Origin: Chiloscyllium plagiosum | Lineage: Eukaryota | Reading direction: 5' to 3' | DNA length: 64,000 nt | NCBI RefSeq assembly: GCF_004010195.1 | Contig: NC_057755.1 | Span: 11,996,438-12,060,437 of the forward strand | Shown here: positions 24,442 to 37,774 of the stretch, in pieces | How positions within the stretch are numbered: the stretch's first letter is position 1 | Layout: each line of letters begins with the position of its first letter | The notes under the pieces: generated by a model | Told to the model about the DNA's origin: nothing | What the model saw: the letters and a program-made list of their open reading frames with translations, nothing else | Databases searched by the model: none | Program-made: the position numbers and the translations under genes

Positions 24442-24693
24442 TCAAAGTTTGTGAGAAGATTTGTAGCTCAGGTGCTCGTTGTTGTGGTTCTGTTCGCCGA
24501 GCTGGGAATTTGCGTTGTAGACGTCTAGTCCCCTGTCTAGGTGACATCCTCAGTGCTTGGGAGCCTCTTGTGAAGCTGGAGGAAAGATCACAGAAGCGCT
24601 TCACAGGAGGCTCCCAAGCACTGAGGATGTCACCTAGACAAGGGACGAAACGTTTGCAACACAAATTCCCAGCTCGGCGAACAGAACCACAAC
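24442..24693. mobile_element. Non-autonomous Penelope pLTR pair in inverted orientation
   Basis: ~97-bp inverted arms (~24481-24577 and ~24598-24693); perfect 15-bp flanking duplication aagcagccctaaaat (24427-24441, 24694-24708). Confidence 0.85.
24618..24657 (+). ncRNA. Minimal type I hammerhead ribozyme motif
   Basis: GCA CUGAGGA U GUC...GAC GAAAC GUU UGC: intact core, stem I GCA/UGC, stem II closed by G-C, palindromic ACGU stem III. Confidence 0.75.
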
Positions 24694-25109
24694 AAGCAGC
24701 CCTAAAATGTACAACTACCTGGCAATCAATCACCTAGTTGTTCACAAGCAGAAGGCCTTTCTCATCAATAACTGTACATTAGCCCACAGCCCAGTCAGTT
24801 ACTTTTTGCCAGTTTGTACTCAGCCCTTGACTAATTTGTCTGCGAATTATCTCCTCCTGCTTGAACCAGCACCTGTATAAACATTGCAATGAGTATCAGA
24901 TTACTTGCTCTCAAAATTGCAATGATGTTTCAACAATCCTTTGTTTCTGAACCAGTTCTTTTCTATTTCATTCCACAATCAAAAATACAGAAAAAAAAAC
25001 TAAGCGTGGTCTTTACATTTGGGGCAATGCTCCCCTGGATTCTTGGAAATTGCACTCCGGTATTTCCTTAGGCACAACTCCGATTTTCCACAAATTGACA
25101 ACTTCACCA

Positions 25110-28100
25110 AGAATGATGGATGGCAGTTATAGGAAGGGAGAAAAGCTGCAGATACAGTCAGGTGGATGAGTTAACTCCAGGCAAGGTAGGAGAGGTGGGC
25201 AGGTAGTGAAGGAGTTTTCTGTGGCCATCCCCATTTCATACAAGTATGCTGATTTGAAAAATGTGGGGGTGATGGACTCTCAGAGGAATATAGCATGAAC
25301 AGCCAAGTTTCTGGTATCAAGAAAGACTCTAATATAATGAGTACATTGGGTTCCAAGCGAACGATTGTGATAGGGAACTCTGTAGTCAGAGGCACAGATA
25401 GATGTTTCTGCGGCCAGCAGCGAACAATTAGAATGGTGTATCAGGATCAAGGATGTCTCGGGGTGCAGAATGTTCTCAAATGAAGAGGAGCCAGCAGAAG
25501 TTCATTGTACACGTTAGAACCAACAACATTGGAAGGGAAAAGGATGAGATTCTGAAAGGAGAATATAGAAAGTTAGGCAGGAAGTTAAAAAGGAGGTCCT
25601 CAAGGGTAGTAATATCTGGAATACTCCTGGTGCTACAAGCTAATGAGGGTTGGAATAGGAGGACAGAGCAGATGAATGCGTAGCTGAGGAACTGGTATAG
25701 GGGAGAAGGGGTCACATTTCTGGATCATTGGAATCTCTTCTGGAGTAGGGATGAGGCAGGGAGATTTGCCAAAGCTGCTTGAGAGGATTTAAACTAGTAA
25801 GGTTGGGGAGGTGGCAGGGGATGGGACTCTGAGATAGTGAGGAAAGACATCAATCTGAGACTGGTACAGTTGGGAAAAGGAGTGAGTCAAACAGTCAGGG
25901 CAGACAGGGAAAAAGCAGAGAACAGGTAGGACTGATAAATTTACTTCAATACAAAGCAGGTGAACTCAGGGCATGGGTAGGAACATGGGACTGGGATATC
26001 ATAGCAATTACGGAAACATGGCTCAGGGATGGACAGGACTGGCAGCTTAATGTTCCAGGGTACAAATACTAACTGAAGGATGGAAAGGGGGTAAGAGTGG
26101 CATTTTTAGTAAGAGATAGCATTACAGCTGTACTGAGGGAGGATATTCCTGGGAATGCATCCAGGGAAGTTATTTTAGTGAAACTGAGAAATAAGAAAGG
26201 GATAGTCACCTTATTGGGATTGTATTATAGACCCCATAATGGTCAGCAGGAAATTGAAAAACAAATTTGTAAGGAGATCTTAGTTATCTGTAAGAATATT
26301 AGGATGGTTATGGCAGGGGATTTTAACTTCGCAAACATAGACTGGGACTGCCATAGTGCCATAGTTTAGATGGAGAGGAATTTGTTAAGTGTGTAAAAGA
26401 AAATTTTCTGATTCAGTATGCGGATGTACTGACTAGAGAAGATGCAAAACTTGATCTACACTTGGGAAATAAGGCAGGGCAGGTGACTGAGATGTCACTG
26501 GGGAGCACTTTGGGACCAGCGATCTTAATTCTATTAGTTTTACAATAGTGATTGGAAAGAATCTAAAAGTTGAAGTTCTAAATTGGAAGAAGACTAATTT
26601 TGGCGGTCTTAGGCAAAAACTTTCAAAAGCTGACTGGGGACAGATGTTCACAGGTAAAGGGACAGTTGAAAAATGAGAGGCCTTCAAAAATGAGATAACA
26701 GTATATTCCTGTTGGGATGAAAGGAAGGGCTGGTAGGTATAGGGAAACCTGGATGATTAGAGAAATTGAAGTTTTGGTTATGGAAAAGAAGAAAGCATGT
26801 GTCAGTTATAAACCGGAGAGATCAAGCGAATCCTCAGAAAAGTATAAAGGCAGTAGGAGTATGCTTGAGAGAGAAATCAGGAGGGCAAAATGGGGACATG
26901 AGATAGCTTTGGCAAGTAGGGTTAAGGAGAATCCAAAGGGTTTTAATAAATACTTTAAAGGACAAAAGGGTGACAAGGGAGAGAATCGGGCGCCTCAAAG
27001 ATCAGCAAGGCAGCCTGTGTGCAGCCGCAGGAGATGGAGGAGACACCAAACAAGTATTTTGCATCAGTGTTTACTGTGGAAAAGGATATGGAAGATGTAG
27101 AATGTGGGGAAATAGATGGTGACATGTTGAAAAATGTCCATATTACAAAGGAGGAGGTGCTGGATCTCTTGAAGTGGATAAAACACCAGGGCATGATAAT
27201 GCGTAGCCTAGAATTCTGTGGGAAGCTTGAGAAGTGATTGCTGAGCTCCTTGCTGAGATATTTATATCATTGACAATCACAGGTGAGGTGCTGAAAGACT
27301 GGAGGTAGCACTATTTAAGAAAGGTGGTATAGAAAAGCCGGGGAGCTACATACTGGTCAGTGTTGGAGGTTTAGATCAGAGTGGTGCTGGAAAAGCACAG
27401 CTGGAAAAGGTCAGGCAGCATCAGAGGAGAGGGGGGGGGGGCTGGGGAGAATGTAGCAAAGAGTACAATAAGTGAATGGGGGTGGGAATGGAGGTGATCA
27501 GTCAGAGGGGAGGGTGGAACAGATAGGTGGGAAGGGAGATTGGCAGGTAGGACAGGTCATGAGTACTGTGCTGAGCTGGAAAGTTGGAACTGAGGCAAGG
27601 TGAAGGGAGGAGAAATGAGGAAACTGGTGAAGTCCACATTGATGCCCTGGGGTTGAAGTGTTCTGAGGCGGAAGATGAGGCGTTCTTCCTCCAGGCGTCG
27701 GTTGGTGAGGGAGCAGGGGTGGAGGAGGCCCAGGACCTGCATGTCCTCTGCAGAGTGGGAAGGGGAGTTGAAATGTTGGGTCACGGGGCGGTGGGGTTGA
27801 TTGATGCGGGTGTCCCGGAGATGTTCCCTAAAGCACTCTGCTAGGAGGTGTCCAGTCTCCCCAATGTAGAGGAGACTGCATCAGGAGCAATGGATACAAT
27901 AAATGACATTGGTGGATGTGCGAGTGAAACGTTGATGGATGTGGAAGGCTCCTTTGGGGCCTTGGATGGAGGTGAGGGAGGAGGTGTGGGCGCAGGTTTT
28001 GCAATTCCTGCGGTGGCAGGGGAGGGTGCCAGGACAGGAGGGTGGGTTGTTGGAAGCCGTGGACCTGACCAGGTAATCACAGATGTGACCTGTTCTGATT

Positions 28101-29070
28101 TCGGTGATTGGCAAGTTGTTGGAGGGAATCCTGAGGGACAGGATTTACATGTATTTGGAAAAGCACGGGCTGATTACGGATAGTCAGTATGGCTTTGTGT
28201 GTGGGAAATCATGTCTCGTGAACTTGGTTGAGTTATTTGAAGAAGTAACAAAGAGAATTGATGAGGGCAGAGTGGTAGACGTGATCTATATGGGCTTCAG
28301 TAAGGCGTTCGACAAGGTTCCCCATTGGAGACTGGTTAACAAATTTAGATCTCATGGAATATAGAGAGAATTAGCCATTTAGATACAGAACTGGCTTGAA
28401 GGTATAAGACAGAGTGGAGGGCTGCTTTTCAGACTGTAGGCCTGTGACCAGTGGAGTGCCACAAGGATAGGTGCTGGGTCCACTACTTTTCATCATTGAT
28501 ATAAATGATTTGGATGTGAACATAGGAGGTATAGTTAGTACTTTTGCAGATGACACCAAAATTGGAGGTGTAGCGGACAGTGAAGAAGGTTACCTCAGAG
28601 TACAATGGGATCTTGATCAGATGCGCCAATGGGCTGAGGAGTGGCAGATGGAATTTAATTTAGATAAATGCGAGGTGTTTGCATTTTGGAAAAGCAAATC
28701 TTAGCAGAACTTATACAATTAATGGTAAAGTCCTGGGGTATGTTGCTGAACAAAGAGACCTTGGAGTGCAGGTTCATAGTTCCTTGAAAGTGGGGTTGCA
28801 GGTAGATAGGATAGTGAAAGGACAGCATACCAAATACCTTCCTTTATTGGTCAGAGCATTGGGTATAGGAGTTGGGAGGTCATGTTATGCCTGTACAGGA
28901 CATTGGTTAGGTCACTTTTGGAATACTGCATGCAGTTGTGGCCTCCTTACTATTGGAAACTTGATAGGGTTCAGAAAAGATTTACAAGGATGTTGCCAAG
29001 ATTGGAGCATTTGGCATGGACGAGTTGGACTAAAGGGCCTGTTTCTGTGCTGTACATCTCTGACTATGTC
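25110..29070 (+). mobile_element. Long decayed CR1-like LINE (ORF1 esterase region, endonuclease, RT, 3' end)
   Basis: IVIGNSVVRG (SGNH-like), GLYYRP...GDFNF (APE endonuclease), FSKAFDKVPH and FADDTKIGG motifs, with many stops. Confidence 0.9.
27365..28082 (-). mobile_element. Penelope-like 3' fragment nested in the CR1
   Basis: PCHRRNCKTCAH zinc-finger-like linker, FTRTSTNVIYCIHCS (GIY-YIG start) and RRLEEERLIFRL.TLQPQGINVDF. Confidence 0.85.
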
Positions 29071-29844
29071 TGTGCCAGTCAAAATGCCTCATCCCATTTT
29101 CCAGCACTTGGCCCCTCCCCCCACAGTCTTGCATTCCTTGGCTTTGCAAGTGTATTGTCGCTCCATTTCCCCCCCTCAGTTGAAGCAAAACGCTCAGAGA
29201 CACAGTATAGTTTTACCTCCTCCATCTTTATTCCAGGCCCTGGAGAGAGAGAGAGAACGATTGTCCGTGTGCACAGGGACGTGAGTTCACGGTTTTCTCT
29301 GGAACAGCAGTTTCTCAATGAACTGTATAGTCATTTTACAGGGAGGAATATTATGAGAGTTTCTACGTCTACCATCCTTGCAGGCAGTGAGTTCCAGATT
29401 CTAGTCATCTTCTGGGTGAACAAGTTTTTCCTCACGTATCCTATAATCCTTCCGTCCTGTAAATCTATGTCTCCTAGTCATTGATCATTCAATCAACGCA
29501 TTTCTCTGAGCACTCGCGAGACAGCAGCACAGCTGAAAGCAGACTTGCCTAACATGGAGTCTGCATCTCTTCTAATCACATACTGTCTTCCAGCCTCACT
29601 TTCATTTTTTAGCTTCTCCTAAGTAATTCATGATCTGTCCTGAGTAATCACTTGCCAGGTAGAACTCACTGAAATTAATATTTTGGAAAAGTCAAAAACT
29701 ACAAACTTTGTGAACTCTCTATTCCTTAAATGTTACCATTTTCTCAGACCTTTGGCTTAAAAATTGCAACAAAAATGGTTTTCATCACATCTATCAGACA
29801 GGTTCTCAAATGCATTGAGAGTTAGTGCAGGATGCTAAGAAATC

Positions 29845-32590
29845 ATAGAACATAGAACAATACAGTTTAGACATTAGCCCTTGATGTTGCACTGACCTGT
29901 GAACAATTCTCAGCTTGTCCTCCTACACGATCCCAAAATCATCCGTGTGCTTACCTAAGGATTGTTTAAATCTCCCTAATATGGCTGAGTTGACTACATT
30001 AGCAGGTAATGCATTCCAAGCCCTTACCATTCTCTGAATAAAGAACCTGCCTCTGACATCTGTCTTAAATCTATCAGCCCTCAATTTATAGTTATGCCCC
30101 TTAGTACACGCTCTCGTCATAATCCTAGGAAAAAGACTTTCACTGTCTACCATATCTAATTCTCTGATCATCTTGTATGTCTCTATCAAATCCCCTCTTA
30201 GCCTTCTTGCCAATGAGAACAGGTTCAAGTCTCTCAGCCTTTCCTCCTAAGACCTTCCCTCCAGACCAGGCAACATCCTGGTAAATCTCCTCTGCACCTT
30301 TTCCAATGCTTCCACATCCTTCCCGAAATATGGGGACCAGAACAGTACATAATATTCCAAGTGTGGCTGCACTAACGTTTTGTATAGTTGCAGTTTTGTA
30401 TACTGTGGCTCCGGAACTCAATCTGTCTATGAATGAAACCTAACACACTATATGCCTCCTATATCCACCTGGTTGGCAACTTTCAGGGACCTATGTACAT
30501 GGACTCCAAGATCCCTCTGCACATCCACACTACCAAGAATCTTTCCATTGACCCAGTACTCTGCCTTCCTGTTATTCTTCCCAAAGTGCATCACCTCACA
30601 TTTAGCTGCATTGAACTCCATTTGCCACCTCTCAGCCCAATTCTGCAGTTTATCCAAGTCTCCCTGCAACCTGTAACATTCTTCCACACTGTCCACTACT
30701 CTACCGACTTTAGTGTCGTCTGCAAATTTACTAATCCATCCACTTATGCCTGCGCCTAAGTCATTTATAAAAATGACAAACAGCAGTGGTCCCAAAACAG
30801 ATCCTTGTGGTACACCACTGGTAACCGGACTCCAGGCTGAATATTTTCCATCAACCACCACTTGCTGCCTTCTTTCAGAAAGTTAGTTTCTAATCCTAGT
30901 TGCTAAATCACCCTCAATTCCATGCCTCTGCATTTTCTCCAGCAGCCTACCATGGAACCATATGGAACCTTATCAAAGACTTTACTGAAGTCCATGTATA
31001 CCACGTCAACTGCCCTACCCTCATCTACATGCTTGGTCACCTCAAAAAACCCAATGAGGTTTGAGAGACATGACCTGCCCTTGACGAAACCAAGTTGACT
31101 ATCTGAAATCAAATTATTGCTTGCTAGATGATTATAAATCTTATCTCTTATAATCCTTTCCTACAACAGAAGTAAGGCTCACTGGTCTATAATTACCTGG
31201 GTCATCTCCACTGCCCTTCTTGAACAAGAGCACATTTGCAATCCCCCAGTCCTCTGGTACCAAACCTGTAGACAATGAAAACTCAAATATTAAAGCCAAA
31301 GGCTCTGCTATCTCCTCCTTAGCTTCCCAAAGAATCCTCTGATAAATCCCATCCTGCCCAGGGGACTTGTCTACTTTCACTCCTTCTAGAATTGATAACA
31401 CCTGTTCGTAACTAACCTCGATCGTTTCTATCTAATATCTCGTACCCCATTCTTCTCCTGTGTAATATTCTCCTTTTCCTCAGCGAAAACCAATGAGAAA
31501 TGTTCGTTTAGCACCTCTCCGATCTCCACAGGGTCCACATTCAACTTCCCACTTCTGTCTTTGACTGGCCCTATTCCTACCCTAATCATCCTTTTATTCC
31601 TCACAGACCTATAGAAAGCTTTAGGGTTCTTCCTTATTCTATTTGCTAAAGACTGCTCGTGTTCTCTCTTTGCTCTTCTTAACTCTCTCTTTAAATCCTT
31701 CCTAGCTGACCTGTAACTCTCCATTGCCTCTTCTGAACCATCTTGCCTCAGCAACACATAAGCCTCCTTCTTCTGCGTAACAAGAGATGCAATTTCTGTT
31801 ATAAACCACAGTTCCCTTACCTTATCACTTCCTCCCTGCCTGACAGGACATATCTATCAAGGACATGCAATATCTGTTCCTTAAACCAGCTCCACATTTC
31901 CATTGTCTGCATCCGCTGCATTTTGCTACCTCATTCTATGCATCCTAATTCTTGCCGAATCGCATTATAATTGCCCTTTGCCCCATCGATAACTCTTGAC
32001 CTGTGACATGTACCTATCCTTTTCCATCGCTGAACTAAATGTAACTGAATTATGGTCACTCTCTCCAAAGTGCTCACCTACAACTAAATCAAACACCTGG
32101 CCTGGCTCATTACCAAGCACCAGATCCAGTGTGGCCTTCCCTCTTGTCGGCCCTTCGACATACTGTGTCAGGAAACCCTCCTGTACACATTGGACAAAAA
32201 ATGATCCATCCGACATGCCAGAGCTATAGCATTTCCAGTCAATGTTGGGGAAGTTAAAGTCCCCCATAATGACCACCCTGTTCCTTTCACTCATACCCAG
32301 AATAATTTTGCCAGTCCTCTCTTCCACCTCCCTGGAACTCTGCGGAGGCCTATAAAAATACTCCAAACAGTGTGACCTCTCCTCTCCTGTTTCTAACCTC
32401 AGTAGACGAGTCCTCATCAAAAGTTCTCTCAGCCACCGTTATACTATCCTTGACTAACAAGGCCACGCCTCCCCCTCTTTTACTGCCTTGCCTATTCTTA
32501 ATGAAAGATCTAAACCCTGGAACCTGCAGCATCCATTCCTCACCCTGCTCTATCCATGTCTCCGAAATGGGCACATCGAAGTCCCAGGGT
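29845..32590 (-). mobile_element. CR1-like LINE ORF2 (endonuclease + RT + 3' UTR), frameshifted
   Basis: [47 protein letters not shown] and KFADDTK motifs. Confidence 0.93.
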
Positions 32591-32679
32591 ACCTATCATA
32601 ATCTGATCAGACAGCCAACATGGCTTATGTTTAATTTATCTTTTACTTTTTTGGTACAATAATATTCACTAGGGGATAG

Positions 32680-34745
32680 TGAAGGCTGTAGATGCTGGAG
32701 AAGTCAGTAGATAAAGTGTGGCGCTGGAAAAAGCACAGCAGGTCATGCAGCATCTGAGTAACAAGAGGCTCGACATTTTGGTCTTAACCATGCATCAGGA
32801 CTGGCAATGGAGAAGGCAGCTGAGAAATAAATAGGGAGTGGAACTGGGGGAAAGTTAGTTGTGCTGTTGATAGGTGGGTGAAGGTCGGTGATGATTGTGA
32901 TAGGTCAGCCTTTAAAGAAGGAGGCCATCTGGTGTATTTTGTGGTGGAACTGGCCCTCCTGGGAGAAGATGCGGCAGTGGTAGAGGAATTGGGAATAAGA
33001 GATAGTGTTTTTACAGGAGGCAGAGTGGGAGGAGGTGTAGTCCAGGTAGCTGTGGGAGTCGGTGGGTATGTAGAAGATGTGTTGCGTCGGTCACCACTGA
33101 GGGAGATGGAGAGGTTCAGGAAGGGGAGGGAGGTGTCTGAGATGGTCCAGGTGAACTTAGGTCGGGGTGGAATGTGTTGATTAAAGTTGATGAACTGTTC
33201 AACCTCCTCGTGGGAGCACGGGGTGCCACCGATGCAGTGATCAATGTACCAGAGGAAACGATGGGGAATGGTGCCAGTGTAAGGTGGAATGTGTTGATTA
33301 AAGTTGATGAACTGTTCAACCTCGTGGGAGCACGGGGTGCCACCGATGCAGTGATCAATGTACCAGAGGAAACGATGGGGAATGGTGCCAGTGTAACTGC
33401 AGAAGGTGGACTGTTCCATGTAACCAACAAAGAGACAGGCATAGCTGGGGCCCATGCGGGTGCGCATCGCAATCCCTTTCGTCGGGAAGAAGTGAGAGGA
33501 TTCAAAGGAAAAATTGCTGAGGGTGAGGACCAATTCACCCAAACGAATGGGTATCAGTGAAAGGGTACTGGTAGGGCTGGTCCAGGACCCCCCCCACCCC
33601 CTCCAATACGTTCGGGATACCACCCATGCCTTCCACCTCCTCCAAGACTTCCGTTTCCCTGACCCCCAACATCCCTGGACATCCAGAAGCCAAATACCTC
33701 CATCCGCCATGACAAGGGCCTCCAAGCCCTCTGTTTCTTCTTCTCCTGACGTCCCCACCATTACACAACAGTTCGTCAACTTCACCAACATGTTCCACTC
33801 GACCTTAAGTTCACCTGGACCATCTCAGACACCTCCCTCCCCTTCCTAGATCCCTCCATCTCCATCGGACCCCACCATCAGAGATACATTTCTCTCCCCA
33901 CCCTATCCACTTTCTGTAAAGACCATTCCTTCCGCGACTCCCTTATCAGTTCCATGCCCCCCACCAGCCCAGCCTCCCCTGCCACCCCAGGAAATGCAAA
34001 ATCTGCGGCCACACCTCCTCTCTCCCACCCCCTCCTCTCCCCCACCTTCGTCCATGGCCCCAACGGAGCTTTCACATCCATCAGAGTTTTACCTGTATTT
34101 CCACATGTGTCCTTTCCATTATCTGTTGCTCCCGATGCAGTTTACTCTACATTGGGGAGACAGGACGCCTACTTGCAGAGCGCTTCAGAGAACATCTCCA
34201 GGACACCCGCACCAACCAATTCCACCGCTCCATGGCCGAACACTTCAACTCCCTCTCCCACTCCGCCAAGGACATGCATATCCTGGGCCTCCTCCATCAC
34301 GGCTCCCTAACCACGCAACGCCTGGAGGAAGAATGCCTCATCTTCCACCTTGGGACCCTCCGACCCTACGGCATCAATGTGAATTTCACCAGTTTCTTCA
34401 TTTCCCCCACCTTATCCCAGTTCCAACCTTCCAACTTGGCACCACCCTCATGACCTGTCTTACTTATCCATCTTCCTTTCCACCTAACCCCTCCACCCTC
34501 CTCTCTGACCTATCACTATTACCCTCACCTCCAAATTACCATCGCACTCTCAGCTACCTTCCCCCGGCCCCACTCCCCTCCCGTTTATCTCACCACCACC
34601 TCAGTTCACAGCCTCATTCCTGATGAAGGGCTCTTGCCCGAAACATCGATTCTCCTGCTCCTCGGATGCCTCCTGACCTATTGTGTTTTTTCAGCATCAC
34701 CCTCTCGACTCTAATCTCCAGCATCTGTAGTCCTCACTTTCACCT
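32680..34745. mobile_element. Composite Penelope-like element: minus-strand RT fragment (~32680-33570) joined to plus-strand RT/GIY-YIG fragments and pLTR (~33570-34745)
   Basis: KGIAMRTRMGPSYACLFVG and YIDHC (degenerate YIDD) motifs, plus QRLEEECLIFHLGTL. There is an internal ~115-bp tandem duplication at ~33165-33397 and a hammerhead-like motif at 34616-34650. Confidence 0.85.
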
Positions 34746-35448
34746 CTCAGCTAGAGGTGGATTGTGTCAAACAGCATACCCTTTTGCCTGTTTGCAATAA
34801 ACAAGGTACTAAACAGCAATCGCCCTGCGCTTCTAAAACTCAACACAATGTATAAAATTAGATATGATTTAATTGATAGGCAGCATTTGCGAAATAATCT
34901 TGCATTTGTCAGTCAAGCTAACAGTGTAGTACACTTGTGTGTACTGAAAACATCATGTATTAATACACAGGTTCCTGTATTTTGCAGTCAGAAAAAAATG
35001 TACAAAACCTATGTCTGTTTCAACTCAACAAAATTGACGATAGCCACTTACTGATTCATTGTCAGGTCAATGTCCTGACCAATCAGATTCACCCAGCCTT
35101 GCTTAAAACTTAAAGCCAAGCAGTTAAGTGTCAGTCAGATCTAGTGCATTATTGCATCACCTTTACTAATTGGTATCTACTTCCCAACCAAACAGCACCC
35201 TTCTCATACGTAATAAATATTATTTTACCTTTGCATCAGTATTTTAATGTATTTTCCTGATGTCTGACATTTAAAAAGCTTTGACAAATGTCTTTTTCAT
35301 CAGTACTCAATTTCTACAAAATCAGTACTACAAAATTACTGCTACCTTCCTTTGTGGTAAGGTATGACTCAAATCAGAGATTTTCCCTAATTGCGTTTAT
35401 GTATTGCCTGAAAAGTCTTATGAATTTCAATATGTTTGGTTTGTATAG

Positions 35449-35632
35449 GTTTGAGAAGGTTTACACTCATACTTTGTATTACCTGGCACAAGTCTACAAG
35501 CATCTGGATATGAATGAGAAGGCTGCCTGGTACTGCCATACTACCCTGCAACGCCAGCTTCAGTTCACTCATTACAACCCTGTGGAGTGGGCTATCAATG
35601 CTGCTACTTTGTCCCAGTATTATATCACAAAG
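35449..35632 (+). CDS. KIFBP: KIFBP coding exon 4 (184 nt)
   Basis: Acceptor ttgtatag|G; translates (R)FEKVYTHTLYYLAQVYKHLDMNEKAAWYCHTTLQRQL...EWAINAATLSQYYITK; donor AAG|gtaagt; phase 2/0. Confidence 0.96.
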
Positions 35633-36699
35633 GTAAGTCTGCATGTGTGTAGCTTTCAGGCAGCAGTCCGGGCATTACGATTACTGCATGGTGCCAGGAC
35701 CCCAGAAGCAAATCTAGAATGTGCGTTTCACACGGATGTTTGAGAGTTCGTTTAAAGAGTGGATTCCTGAGCACTCAAAGTTACCACTACCTATAGGTTT
35801 CCATCACCTCTGGAAAATTGTCTCTTACAACTTTACAAAGAAAATTCTTCACAGAAAGATAATGCTGGACCAGGAAGGGAGTGAGGTTGAGTGGGCAGGT
35901 GGGCATGTTGACAAGATGGGCTATGAGGAGCAGGAATGAGACAAGGCAGGGAGGTGTGGTATCAGCTGAGATGTAGCATGGAGGGGTAGCATCAGGTGAA
36001 ACTGTGAGGTGGTGAGACCGGGCAGGGAGGTGTGGGATCGGGTGAGACATGGCATGGAGGGGTAGGATCAGGTGAAACTGTGAGGCGGAGTAAAAAGCAA
36101 CACTTCTTTATTTTTCTCATTTCTTTGGTTTGGAACTGAGTTGAAGTTAAGAATTGAACTTTGAACAGCAGCTTGTTTTAAAAGATGAGAACAGAGATGG
36201 GTGTTTTCTTTTGAGAACTGGCCTGGAAAGATAATGCAACATAATTGCTGATCTAAGGACACAAGGTAATTCAGCATCAAGCTATTGCTATACTCATGGC
36301 TGGCAGCTGATTGTATGTTAAACCGATCAATCGAGGGAGAGCCAGTTCTAACTGGGTCTTGGCAGGAGACTATTTTATCTTGTAGAGACTTCTAGACATT
36401 GTGCTGCTTGATTTTGCTCGCTTTCTGGTTTCTCTTCGGTTTGTGAATTGTTAAAAGGTCTGAGAAAATAATCCAGTCTGAAAGAAATAAGTAAATATTT
36501 CAAAGTTAGTGACTTTGGAATTCAAATAAGTTATTCTGCTTTTCTGTGAACAGTTGTCCAAGGTTTTTATGAAGGCCGAGTATCAGTTGTTGGAAACTAT
36601 TTATTGAGCTGGCAAATTACAATTCTTTTAATCTCTTTTTAATTTATCCCATAACTGTATCTGTCTATGTTAGTGTGGGTTATGATCAAAGAAGATTGG

Positions 36700-37770
36700 G
36701 CTTTAGATCATTGATATTGTGATATTGTCATCAGGATGTGGTTGATGGAGGGACAGGACTGGCATTACAATATTTCAGGATACAGGATCAGCAGACAGGA
36801 CAGAGGAGGGTATAAACGAAGAGGCAGTGTTACGTTATTAATTAAGGAGTCAGTTACTGCAGTAAGGAGTGGCTTCAAATGAAGCTTTATAGCTCGAGCT
36901 TATGAATCAAAAGGGAGCAGTAATGCTATTGGGATGGTTTTATAGGTCCCAAACAGACAGCAGGCAATTGAGCAAATATGTAGACAATTCACTGAGGGAT
37001 GTAAAAATAGTAATAAGACAATTATACTAAGGGATTTAAATTTGCCCAATATCAATTGAATTAATCATAGGAGTTAGAGGGGACAGATTTCTTGAAACGT
37101 ATTCAGGAGAGTATTTTTTATATCAACACGTAGGAGGTCCTAAAAGATAGAGTGTAGCGCTGGCCCTAATTCTGGGAAATAAAGCAAGAGAGGTATTCAA
37201 GGTGGAAGTATTCAATGATAGCAACCAGAACACAATATGTTTTAAAGTTGTTCCGGAAAAGGCAAAAGATGGTCTGCAAAAAAAGGTTTTGTTTTGTGGA
37301 AATGCAGATTTTATTAAAAGAAAACAGGGTCTCGCAAAAGACGACTGGGAGATCTGCTTAATTTTAAATGTACAGCAAAATAGTGGCAAGCATTCAAAAA
37401 ACAAACTAGGGAGAGTACAATCCAACATGTTCTCTTCCAAGTGAAATATAGGAGCAGCAAGCTCAGAGAACCCTGGATGTCTAAGAATATTCAGAATTGG
37501 ATGAAAAATAAAATAGAGGTATGTAACAAAGGGAGAAAATCAACAGGGATCATAGCAAAGTAAGGAATGCGCGAGGGGATCTTAAGGAAGCAATTAGGAG
37601 AGCAAAGCAGGTATAGGGCAAGGAAAACACTGGTGGGCAAGATTAGGGAGAATTTTGAGATATTCTGCAAGTATATCCGTGGGAGGAGAATAACCAAGAA
37701 AAGATTAGGGCTCATTAGAGACCAAGGGAAAAATGTGTGTGGAGCCAGAGGACATTGGTAGAATGGTAAA
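36700..37770 (+). mobile_element. Old CR1-like endonuclease-region fragment
   Basis: Degenerate GYR..R.DR, FYR and GD(F)N.PNI motifs. Confidence 0.6.
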
Positions 37771-37774
37771 TAAA

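Noticed and set aside
24374..24737. Mirror-image ORFs on both strands
   Set aside because: A by-product of the inverted pLTR pair.
32784..33791. 335-aa ORF as a novel protein or active RT
   Set aside because: It is a chimera of rearranged Penelope fragments, and the catalytic YIDD is mutated to YIDH.
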